In this document: positions 25,101 through 37,900 of the stretch, one piece after another
Numbering within the stretch: position 1 is the stretch's first letter
Layout of the letters: each line of letters starts with the position of its first letter
Origin: Podarcis tiliguerta
Taxonomy: Eukaryota
Strand: one strand, 5' to 3'
Assembly (NCBI GenBank): GCA_965153285.1
Contig: OZ229111.1
Length of the DNA: 64,000 nt
Notes under the pieces: model-generated
What the model was told of the DNA's origin: nothing
The model's database searches: none
The model's input: only the letters and a program-made list of their open reading frames with translations
Made by a program: the position numbers and the translations under genes

Positions 25101-28100
25101 TCAGGAGGCATGTGAGTGGAGTGGAGGGGGGAACCCTGTTGTGCTAGCAGATATCTTTACTTGGGCTTCTGCTAGTGGCACTAGTTAGTTGCATATGGCC
25201 CAGCAGGTGTAAGTCACATAAATTTATTAATACTCTCAAGAAGTACATTTTTAGCATGTGTATATTTAAAAGAAAAGTTAGGCACAGAGGCTCAGCTTCC
25301 TAATAAAACTTAAATCACATTTGGTAAGCCGTTGGCTAATTAAACAATCTATGGCCTTTTAAACTGTTGGGGGTGTTATTGTTTTTGCTTACTATTTGCA
25401 TTTTGTGTTTTTACATTGTAAACTGCCCTGTGATCCTTGGATGAAGGACAGTATACAAATTTAATTAAAAAAACAAAATAATAAATAAATAGAAATTTGA
25501 ATCATTATTTCTAGTCTGCTATTTGCTGTCTTTATCATGATCCATAGTTGTCACTACTTTGACACATAGGGCAGGTGCAAACATAATGATTAACCAAGAT
25601 GAGCAACAGCCCACAGGATCACTCTCCCTCCCTTCTCATGTGTGAACGTGCCCCTCCTTCCCACCTGTCCTTAAGTGTTGATTATGCATATTCTCATATT
25701 AACTGTTGTTAATCCTAACACAAGTGCAGTCCTGTGTGATCATGATCTGGTAAAAGAGCTCTACATCCCCATCACATTTGTAACTTATAACTATAGTGTG
25801 GACTGCCCACTTTTTAAACCTCCTGTTATAGTAACATGTGCAATGTGACTGCTTTTAGTGGCTGGGCCAACTTTGACATACTGATATAACTAGTGGTATA
25901 GGTTCTATCCCACAGAGCTGCAGTATTAGGCACGGGAGAGACTTTTGGAGATGGGGGGAGTTAACTGACCTGGTCAAAATGTGTAATTTGGGTGATGGTG
26001 GTTTGGAACAGTTTCTTAACTAAACCCCTGAACTAGCCATGCAGATCGATGCTGTTTACAAAGCAGACTCACAGTTTAGCTTCCTGTCCTACCAGCAGCA
26101 CTTCAGCTTTGTTATATATTCATTTTTCCTCTCTTGGATGAGTTCTGTGCTGGTCAAGTGCAATACAACCTGTACTTGTTCTTTTGCTGTGTCACATTAC
26201 TAGTGACCTTTGTAGATGAATGAAATCTTGAAATTATCATGTTATGCCTAATGCCATGTAAACTTAAGCTGCATTCTGTCTCTCTCCTCCACCCACCCAT
26301 TTGTGTACTGTTTTCTAGAGATGTACAAGTGGTGATTCCCAAATGAATGGTTGTTCCCTGTGAGTGAGCTGGCAAGAGTTTTGTATGTGAGCTGCCAGCA
26401 CAGCAATGGATCGTAAATATAATCCAGAATGTAGGGTTCCTAGATGGTAGGGAAGGGATGTACTGTGTCTTGTGTTTGAAAAAAACATATCTCTGTAATA
26501 TCTTGATAGCTACTTAAGAAGCCATGGGTTTAAAGTCTACTTTTCACCATAGGATAGGGACCAGGTTTTGATCTTTAGGAACTTCCTCCATTCATTTCTA
26601 CTATTGGAGTTGAATACACTTTTTCCAGCATTCAGACCTTACGACCAGTGTTAAAAGACTGGCTCACATTTGTTCTTCTGTCATTTTTTCACCCTTTTAA
26701 TGTAAGTAGGTAGGAAATGGAATGGAAACTAATTCACAGTCAGTTTTCATACAAAAGTTGACGTGAAACAAAAGTTTAGGTCTTAATGATTCTTCTTTTG
26801 AGGAACTTCTAGTCCCGAACACGTGAACCGCAAATAGCAGTACAAAAATGGAGAAGCAGAGCTTTCAAGGACATAAACCAATGACATTTATTTTAAAGAC
26901 ATGACAAGATAACTTGGGAAGGTTAAACTTCTCGTGAATGATTCTTCCTTATATCCAGGCACTGCACATACATTCAAAGGGGACTTAAACTGGGGAGTGG
27001 GAGGATGTGTTTGCTGATCATTCTGCATTGAAAAGGAAGGTCCAAAGGGGGCTGCGTTTTCAGGGTTTCAGTGGTGCATACAAACTCTTTTCTGAAGAGG
27101 GCAGGCCCAGAAACTGTGGGTACATGGGGGACAAGGTCAGGGTCAATGTGAGTGCATTTGATGCACTCATGCATGAGTTAGGGATTCAGTGATTCTTTAA
27201 AGTTTTTCTGCTGAATATTTAAACACTGCTACATTTTTTAAAAGCTTGCCTTGTATAATAATAATAATAATTTTATATCCCACCATTTCCCCTCAACTTT
27301 ATCACCTAGTTGGAAGAAGTACAGGCATAATAGAAATGCTCTTCAAACAGATGGTTGATTACTCTCTTTAGAGGCTTTGTGAGGTTTTCTGAGAACATAA
27401 TCACAGACTTGGATAAAATCACAATGGTTGACAGGCTATACAGATGTTCTGTCTTTTTACTTTGTATTGATTTATCTTACAAATACTGAAGTGTGTGAAA
27501 TTAGTACTAGTTATTTTGCTTGGCAAAGCCTGTGTTTACTATATTCTCATGGCATTTTTTATTTTTTTAATGCCATACCTGTGTGAGTATGGAACAATTG
27601 AAAAGAATATATGGATGGAAAGATAGACAGGATCACTTATTAAAAAAAGTCAGGTTCTTGTGATTGTGATATTCAGCAAAGGTTTGCTTTACTTTAAGAA
27701 CGTAAGAAAAGCCCTATTAGATCAAACCAATGTCCTGCATAGTCCAGCATCCTGACTTTAACAACAACAGCAACAAATATGATTATTTATTCATCTTCTA
27801 TACCACCCTTCATCTGAGGATCACAGGGCACTTACAATCTAAACAAATTAAAATACATACCATAGTAACAAACAATAATCCCCCCTCACACACAGTTTAA
27901 AAGGCCATGGTTTGTTTAATTAGCCAAAGGCCTGGGAGAAGAGGAATGTGTTTCCCTGGTTCCTAAAGATATGTAATGAAAAGTGGATCAACCAGATGTC
28001 TTCTTGGAGCCCACAAGCAGCACATGAGGACAGCAATTTTCTGTCACTGTTGTCCCCTTGTAACTGGTATTCAGAGACCTCCTGCCTCCGACCCTGGAGG

Positions 28101-31100
28101 CAGTATTTAACCATAATGACTACTAGCCATTGATTTATCCTCCATGAATTTGCATAATCCAGTTTGTAAGCTGTCTAAATTTCTGTTGGCAAAGAGCATA
28201 TAGCGTGAATTTACCAATTTAATGTTACATTGGTATTTCTAGAGATGTATTTTTACACTAGGAAAAAACCCCATGGAATTGTTTAATTTTCAGTACAACA
28301 TTTCAAATTGGATGAAAAGTAATTTTCCTTTAGGTATATTTTTCTAGAATACTAAGCCTATAAGCATCAACTGATTCTCTGCACAAAGAGATTAGCAAAA
28401 ATGACACACAATATGCCTAGATTATTATCTAAATGTACTACAAGACAGAACAGATTGTGTCCTTTACTGGGTAAATTGTGTGAGCTGTTTTGTGTATATA
28501 ATTATTATTCCCTTGCCATCTGATTTCCCTTTTCTAATATCACAGGATTAGAATATGGAATTCTTAAACTCTTTCTCTATTGCCTAGGGCAGAGGCCAAA
28601 TTCCATTTTTTTTGATATATGTAAATTTTCTACTAATAACTAGAGGCTTCACACACAGCAACAGTCTTTGGAGCTGGCTTCGTTGCAACTTTCACTTCTT
28701 ATAGGTGATTCTTCAGGCATTTTTGCTTAAAGTATTACTGATGAAATAGGCTTTTGCATTCTTTGGCATTATCAGGTGTTTGTTAGAATCTAGACATATT
28801 TATTTGTGTCTCTTTGAATGCATACCTAGAAATAACACAGTTTATCTACATGCTCTGTGCCACCTGGTTCTCCTGAAGCGTACAGGAAAACATTTTGCAT
28901 GAAGCAGCCCTAAGTACTTGCCTAGTCAGACTGTGACAGTACCCTAAAATCCCTGGATTTCAAGGAGTGAGAGTAGTTGGCTGGTTGTCTGTGAAGTTTA
29001 GTTAGCACATTTGGGTGCAATGGATTGCCAGCCCACCTTCAGTTTTATTTGGATGCACAACCATGCAAATTTGTGATTGCCTGGCGTGCTCTGGTCCATG
29101 GGGTCACGAAGAGTCGGACACGACTAAACGACTAAACAACAACAACAAACCTTTACTATTGAGGAAAAGTTCTGCTATTAGTGACATCCTAGTCTTGGTC
29201 CCCTATTTTTTCACTGAAGTGGGTGTCTCCTCCAGTTGTTCCTAAGCTTGCATTTGGACATGGAAAGATGCATTATAACAGCTTTTGCTGAATGTCACCC
29301 AGTTGGCATATAACACTAACCATGACTTAGTGTGAACAAGCAAATGTGCAGGTTCCTAGATCGTGTGAAGTGGGCCTTATCCTGTTCTTACCAACCCCCC
29401 ACCCCACCCCTAGTCACTTTGGAGTTTAATCTTCTTAGACCTGTTATTCACAGTGTCATTGCATCAATCTCTGCAGGCCTGGAGTGATCACAATGCAGGC
29501 GCTTTCTGAAGAAGATCGAAGGCTCTGGATGGAGGCCATGGATGGCCGGGAACCGGTAAGAAAGAGTGCTTGAATAATAAAGGGCTTTGGTTTTTCTTGT
29601 ACATAACCCCTTTTGAGACTTTGATTAAATACTTGATGTAGTACTTCATCTCCTGTGCTACTAGGATAGTGAGAAAGCTCTTGCTGTCAATGTTCCTGAG
29701 AAATTGCAGAATGTAGCCCAGAATAGTTCAAACATTGTCTTAATGCTGCTGTAGAGAAGGAGGAGGGGAGGAACAAAAATCACAACACAGTATGCCATTT
29801 TTGAAACTTTCTGAAATCTGCCAAGTCAGCAGCTGCTGAAGACTGATAGGTCCACATTAAATTTCAGAACCTAATGTCTCCTAATGGATATGTATTACAA
29901 CCCAGTCTGCCATACACACGTACAGCACTCGCATATGCTCACAGGTGAAAACACGGTTTACTGTGAATATCCCTATTCCCCATGTAGTAATTAGACTTGT
30001 AGGGAGAAACCCTTCTGTTGGAGCCTGCATAGGTGAGGAAGAGGGGCTGCAGACTGCATAGGGAAACCTCATGGCTCACATCCAACCCATGAGCCATAGC
30101 TTTCCCACCCCCAATGAAAGGGCTCAGGTCAATTGTGGCCTCACCCATTTACTGGATTTTTGTATCTTCAATGTATTTCCCCCTTCTATAAATGTGTTCA
30201 TTTGTTTTAATGCAGAAAGGCTGTTTATTAAGAAAAAAATGGAAGCACATTGTTGTGCCATTGCGTCATATCTCTCTGTCTCCTTTCAAAATCCACAAAA
30301 CCTTTTAATGGCCAGGGGAGGAATTGTTGCATTTAAGCTTTCTATTTGACCCCTGAGCTTTGAATATTCGGGGAAAACGTGCTTGAATCCCCCCCCCCTG
30401 CCCCCGATCATCTTTACAAAAATAAACATGAAATTGTTGGAATGACATACTCTCTGCTTGATACCAGATTCTTCACTTGTATGATAGACTTTCAGAATGC
30501 ATACAACCCTCATAGCAAACAATTTAAGTTGCCCCACTATTATAGTACAGGAAGCTGTGAAGATATGAATGACTTCAGGGGGACATTGTATAGCATATGT
30601 AGTTCTTTGAGAGCCACCCACACAAGCAGCTGGCACCTTGCTTGCAGTAACATTCAGCAGAATTGCAGGCAGATAGCATTAGTGTCGAACAAAGGAGTTC
30701 TCACTTTAAAAATTAAAATGCTAGATGGCTATACAAAGCAGAAGCAAACCTCTCTGCAGGATGTCGGCCGCTGTGCTGACTTCACAAAAAGCACAATTGG
30801 ATGAATGTCATAATTTTTTTAAGCTGTAAAGAGTGAAGAGGGAAATTTCTGAGCATAGGTTCTCTCATATGCAAAGTAAACTAAGCAGGAAAAGGAAATG
30901 CATTGAAATCAGCCAGTTGTTCTGAAGCAATCCAAGTAATGTCTCTTCAGTATTAGAAATCAGCCAACTTGTGCACTCATTGAAACTGGTCTTGTGAGTG
31001 AGTTCTGAGCAGGGCATGGCTTCTGAGATTGTCCTATTAGGGACTTAAGTATAGTACAGTGGCTGAAATATACAGACTAGAAACACCTGGCTGATCTCTG

Positions 31101-31260
31101 CAAATGTATTGGGAGTCCTGATCAATTTACCTGGATATCTCCTTAACTTTAACTATGTAATATATCACTTAGTGAGCATATGGTGTTCTAAGTAATATTT
31201 TTCTTGTGGGCAGGGGAAGTACAGAAGAAGGGAAACAATGTCTGTTCTCAGCCAACCAAA

Positions 31261-31294
<34 letters not shown>

Positions 31295-31872
31295 GCTTTC
31301 GTAGATTTTCACGGGTACAGGAATGCAGGTTTTGGTGTCCTCGGGTGTCTTCCCGTGTAAAAGTTGGGGTGTCTAGGCGACGTTTCGACGAGGTCTCACT
31401 CGTCATCTTCAGGCTGGTGCTTTCGGCTTCTTGTTACTGGAACAGAGCAGGATCTCAGTGTTTGAGTTCCTATAAATACTGTTGAGGAGGTGTGGTGTAT
31501 AGCCTCCAATGTTCTGGGCAGAGAGGAGGTTCCCAGGCTAGTGTGCCTTTTCTTCTTTTGTTCCTTAATTACTTGAGGGATATCTTGAGTGATTTCTTGA
31601 GTGATTTCCTGAATCCCACTTAGGTGGGTCATTAGGTGTGGATTAGTTGCTAAAGCCTTCGTGTCTTGAACTCTTGAACTTTGTGAAGAGTTTTTCTGAG
31701 AAGATGGCTGTACTGCACTTGGTTGTGCTCTGGCTTGGCTTCGTGTATAGGGGCGAGCTGTAACAAGAAGCCGAAAGCACCAGCCTGAAGATGACGAGTG
31801 AGACCTCGTCGAAACGTCGCCTAGACACCCCAACTTTTACACGGGAAGACACCCGAGGACACCAAAACCTGC

Positions 31873-31903
<31 letters not shown>

Positions 31904-34900
31904 CACGTTATTTTTATTTTGATCCATACTTAGATATTTTCTTTTAAAACATAAATACAATTCAGAGGGGGAAGGGGTATTCTCTTTGAGCTCTGGGATT
32001 CACAGCTGACTCTCTCATCTGTCCTCAGGAGGGTAGGAGTATCAAGGCGGCTGGTGCTGGTCTCACTGGCAACTTAATAGAAGCTTTTATATAAACAACA
32101 GCAACATATTCCAGAATATTCTGTGTAAAAGAATAAGTAGTACCGGATGTTTGGTCAAAATGTAGCAAAGCAATTTCCCCTGCTCTGAGATTCTCACTGC
32201 CTGTCTCCGAATGTGCTCAGAGCATTGTGTCCTTTAGCTGCTGACCATCGTAGCTACACGTCTCTGCATGCTGATGGTGAGCTGCTGAGTCCTGATTCAC
32301 CAGGCTCTGTAAAGTTCAAATTAGTCACCTAAACCAAAAGCCTTTATTGATTCCGAAAGCAATGCTAATTGCAACATAAACAATGGATAACCTTATGAAA
32401 TAAAGGAAATGAAGAAAAGTTACAAAACAGCTATGATTTCTGTGGCAATGTGTAACTGTCTGCCGAAAAGTATGAAAATCCCTAGCGCACATACAGCAAA
32501 CCATGAGCTGTTTTATCTTTTTAATTTAATTTATAATTTTTTGCACCTTGTTTCTCCCAGCAAATACACCAAACCATTCAGACATACTGTTAACGTGGAT
32601 ATATCTACACTAGAGCCAGCAGAAGCTAGGACAGGAACCAAACATACAGATTAATATTCTAATAGCACAGGATACCAAGAGCCTCAATTTCCCAGAACTT
32701 CCTCGTGGGAAACCTGAGGTCAGCAGTTATCGGTAGATCAGCAGATAATACAGTTTGCCATAGCTGCAAAATGAACTACCTGTTTAAAGCTTACTCTCAG
32801 GAAGTGCTTGTTTGTGCAAACTACAGCAGGACCACATAAGTTTTTCATTCCCTAAGGAGACCCATTGTCCACCACCAATATCACGCATGATTATTGTGAA
32901 TGAGATCAATGGTGCTGGGCATCCTTGATTCTTTTTGATGGCAACAAACTACACTTTATCATATTACTATTTTAGTCCATTCATAGCTTAGCGGTAGACC
33001 ATTTGCCTTAACATGCAGAAGGTCCCAGATTCAATCCTTGTTATCTCCAGGTAGAGTGGGAAGGTAGCTTGTATGGAATCCTGGAGAGCTTTTGCCAGTT
33101 CAAGTTGACAGTACTGAGCTGAGTGGCCTGACTCTATATACAGCAACTTTCTGTGTTCCTTTGTATTTTCTTTGATGGGTTATGCTTCTTCACTGGTTTT
33201 AGAAGATATAAGGCATGGGAAAGGGAATTATTTGAAAATAGCATACTTTCTATAGATGAGGTGAATCTATGTAGCATAGTCAGCTACACAACTGGTGTGT
33301 GTTCAATTAACATGGGAATTATTATTTTTTTAATTCTTAAGTGAAGGGATGGTGTAGTAATTTAATTAATTAAAATACTTTCATCCTGCCTTTTGCTCAA
33401 AAGGCCCCCATGGCTCCAGAGCCAGCATCAGAAGCAAACAGCAGAGACAAAAACCCAACCTCTCCACATGAGAGGACATGGAGTAGTGTGCAAAATCTCA
33501 GCAGGCATCAGAGAAAATCAAAGGTTCTTTGAAAAGGAGCTGTCTTTGCCAGCCACCTGAGCGTTGATAGAGAAATAGCAAGCTGAGCCTCATTTGGCAG
33601 GGAGATCCAAAGATTCAGTGCTGATGTTGAATGCCCTGTTCCAAGTAGTCCCTCACTGGATTATTCCTGGCTGAGGGGCTCTGAAAAAGACTTTGAATCA
33701 TATAGGCGAAGGCAACCCTGACCAACTGTGGTGTTTGTTTCTCTAAGCGAGGTTGAATCAAGAGATTCAGCTAGCCTTCGGCTCTTAACTGCTTTGATTA
33801 AACTAGGAATATCAAAGCAGTAACACCAAATCTTGTTACAGAAATCTGAGGGTGTCAAGGAGAGCTCAGTTCCAACATGTACCCAAGTTTTTATGTGATG
33901 CATTTATATTTAAGTGTGCTTTTTATCTAAGGTTTTACATATAATCGCTTTCTGTCCAGAGCCTCTGGATGAGGATGGGATATTTCACTCAGAGTTGCTT
34001 CATATATTATGTCGGAAAAACAGGTGCTAAATGCATGTATCATGCGAAGCCACAACCTTAAGAGTTCCCTACAACATTTGCCTGCGGTGCATATGTGTTT
34101 GGAAATACAAATATGATGTTATTTACCACATCCAGTCCTCGTACATGCAGAAAAAGTATGAAGCGCCCCATGTTGACTGGTCCAGTGGAATAAAATCTTC
34201 CTACTTATTCAGCTGCCAGCACTCTGGCCTGTTGATCTTTTCAGGGCCGGGAAAGAAGCTCGATCCAAACAGCTGTAGAATGTAGATTGATGAAATGAGG
34301 CTTGTGGGTTAAGCACAAAATGGAGGCAGCAGAGTAGTGTTCACAGTGACTGCTGTGTAGGCTTTTGTCCACTAGATGGTGAAGTGAGACTTTCTGGTTG
34401 CTTACGTTGATGTCTTGTCCTGAACCACGTGAGAGCTCTGGTGTTGGGCAGAATTCAGTAGCTTTAATATCTGTATTTTATAAGGTCTCTTTCTCCCACA
34501 GTTTTAGTATCTTATAGCTTTAAAAGCAGGTTAAAGCAAAACACTGGGGTCAGATTGGGTCCACCTGATTTGTGTTTAAACCCTTGATGTGATTGAGGAA
34601 AACGAATGTGTAGAAAAGTGCCACGTATTGATGAATCCCATTCCTTCCAGCCTCCTTCGTCACAATGTCAGCACCAAATGGGTATTGCTAATGCCTCCTA
34701 CGGGAGATGGAGGAGCCCTCCTGCCTTCTCCAGCCCCAGGAATCTCCACTGAGTATTCTGTATAAATGCTCCACTTGCAAAGCCCCCCCCCCCCCGCCAG
34801 TTTTGCCTCTTGAGTAATGATCAAACAGTGACAGATGAGAACAGACTACTTGTGTGCACAGCTGCCAGCCCATCCCTGTGTAGCGTGTTTTCTCTGCAAG

Positions 34901-37900
34901 CCAGAGCTCTTCAACTTTTTTTTTAATAAAACCCTTCTGTCGCTATTGGAAGTTAAATTTTCTACTCTTGCTCTTACTGCCCTGGTTTTACTCTCTGTAA
35001 CAGAACCACTTCATTTGCCTAGCATCTGCAGCACAGACAAAATACACAACAAAACCAAAATATTTGGTGAAACCACAAACTCCTGCAGAAGCGGGGGGAC
35101 GATCTTCACCCTTCTTTAAAGTGCCTAATTATTTTCAGTCCCTTTGCGATTGTCAAAACTTCCTAGATTGGGATTTTTTCTTCCCTGTGCTTATTTTCCT
35201 ATGATAGATGGCCCCCCCACCCCCTTCGCCTTCTCAGTTCTTTTGCGCATGTCCCCTCCTCTTCCCCAGCCCCTCCTGCCAACCATGTTCCTACCCATTC
35301 CCTTATTCAACCTAGCTTTGTTTTTGTCGGAATAAGTTGAAGTGTTGGCAGTATAAAGTTTGCTTGGTATAAGAAGCTGATGCTGATTTCTTTTTTCCAT
35401 GGAACCTCACCCCTCACTGGTTTCAAGAAGCAGCAATGAGAACTGGGCTCTGTGGATGCAGTCGCTGTTAGGCTTGTATGTTTCCATGGTGATCTGTTGT
35501 CGCCATACTAATGACTTTCAACTCTTCTCCGGTGTTTTTGTAGCTTCCCAGGTTGCTAAACGATCTCTTTTTATTTTCCTTTCACTGAGCATAACAAATG
35601 CGATTCTTTTAACATGACCCAAACATGACGTGCGTGTTTTGATTAGGGTCATACTTCAAATTTCTTTAAATAAATCTGGGCTGACATTTGGTTGATTTGT
35701 ACAGGGCAGTAATTCATAATTCCCAGGCCCCCATGGCGTAAGCATGGTGTGGCGTGTGAGATTTATCTCACAAAGTGGATTAGAAATCCAGAGGCTAAAA
35801 ATGGGTGTAGAACAGTAGGCAATATGCTAGCTTTGGGGACAATCTACAGTGACACTGAGGGTTTCAGGAGTAGATTTCTGAATGTAAGCAGTTGTTTGAA
35901 GATAGCCTTTCTCTTTAAGGGGATCTGTGCATTCATCTATTTATTCAGCATTGTTTATACCCCCGTAACAAAAATCTGCTGTACCAGTGAGACCTGATGC
36001 ATCCATAATTGGTAACGTCCTGCAAGCTTCTGTGCTGCTGTCTCATCCTCCTTCATTTTCAAATGTGTGCACTCATTTCTTCTTCCTCCTTTCTATTACA
36101 TGCAAATCCTCACCCTCTTTTCATTTTCAGTGCTAAACATGGGTAATGTTCTATCTGTATAGGTGATTTCTGTAACGGTAGTTAGCACAAAACACGGTTT
36201 GCCAACTCATGTTTTAATCAGCATTGCAAACTGGTTTGAAACGTAAGTGTTAATGAAAAGAGCAGTGTGGTTACTTCAATAATGGGAGGTGGGGACAGGT
36301 GACAAAGAAGAGGTAGGTGTGAACCTGCAAGGTGCTCTTGGTCTCGTAACTATGCTTAGTCAATGAGAAAGTATTATGTCAATACTGGACCTAGCTGGAA
36401 TACATTCCAAAAACCACGTTTGTGTGTGTGGGGGGGGGAGGAGATAGCCTTAATTATGTTTTATTTTCAAGCTGGATATAATATTGACAGAATGGAAAAC
36501 TATTTTTTCCTGTCATAAATAAACATTAACATTATGACTGTGGCTGCTGCTACAGCTGATTGATTTTAGTTCCACAGTATTCCCAGTTCTTACCCAGACA
36601 TATTGGATTGGACCAAAGGAAGCAAGAATGATGATATGAGCTCAAAATACAACACAGTATGGCAGATCAAAAGTTTACCTCAGCCAGGGTATTAGTTTGG
36701 CTGTTACTCAGAGTAATTTTCACTTGAAACAAAGAGCTGATCCCACACATCCAGTGTGAAGTTCACATCCATCAAGACAACATGTTTCCCAATAGTCTGA
36801 AGTTCCCAGATCTCAGCCTGGCTTTTCCTTTCTTTATGGGCTGACTTGGAGCATTCCTTCGGGTTTCAAGAGAGAACAAAAATGGCTAGAGGGGGACATG
36901 ATAGCACTTTATAAAACTATGCACACTGTGGAGAAAGAGGATCAATATATTTTTGTCTCTCTCATAGTATTACTTATTTTATTTATATCCTTCCCTAATG
37001 TTACTTCCAATACTGGCCCTTATGGTTACTCAATGACATTAATTGACTGGAGATTCAGGTCAGACAAGAGAGAGGAGTTCAAAACTGCACGCAATTAATT
37101 TCTGGAAGTTGCTGCCCCAAGATGTAGTGATGGCTACCAGTGCATATAGCTTTAAAGGGGGATTAGGTAAATTCGTGGAGGATAAGGCTATCAATGGCTT
37201 TTAGTCATTATGGCTATATTTAATCTCCAGGATCAGAGGCAGTATGTCAGTGAATACCTGTTGCTGGTGTCCTCTTGAACTGCTTGTCGGCTTCTTTCTC
37301 ATGGCAAATGTGGACAACAGGGTGCTAAGAATGGAGCTTTTGATTAGATCCTACTCAAGCAGAAACCATTTGGATGTGACTGTAGTGTATTTGTGTGTGT
37401 GGAATTTGATATTTGAAAATCCTGATCTACATCTCCCTAACGCCTTCATTATCCAATAGCTTTTGAACTTCCTGAATGGTCCAGTGCATCTCTCAGTTGA
37501 AAACGTATTTAAAGATGTGTTATGCCGAACAAAAATATGCTCAAAAACGTGTAATTTGAGGAAACACAGCAGAACGGACTGCATTGGAAATACACTGATT
37601 CATTTATCCATCCTTAATAAAACACATAGAAAGTTCGTAAGGCTCTGTACATTCCAAGTTTAACTTGGATATGCTAAAAAAAGCAAAAAAACAGCAACCC
37701 ACCAACATATTTTCATGTATGTGGTGTGTGCATTTCACGATAGCTAGAAGTGTTACTTATAGCACAGGATAAATAATCTCTTGTTTTCTGATCTTTAATT
37801 AGTGATTTATCCCCGTTGCCCCATGTGTTTGGCATGCATACTTTGTACAAAGGCCCATATAATTGCCTGTTGTTTGTGGTGTAGAATTGGTGAGCTGACT

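Larger units (their letters stand above)
31295..31874 (-). mobile_element. Penelope-like element (PLE): 5'-truncated 3' end plus inverted partial pLTR, in (TA)n
   Basis: Perfect 115-bp inverted repeat (31323-31437 / 31760-31874), a hammerhead motif in each arm, and (TA)n on both sides. Confidence 0.85.

Noticed and set aside
31396-31833. 145-aa ORF and the twin peptide [37 protein letters not shown] in ORFs 31204..31485 (+) and 31643..31960 (-)
   Set aside because: By-products of the perfect inverted repeat; no RT or GIY-YIG motifs.
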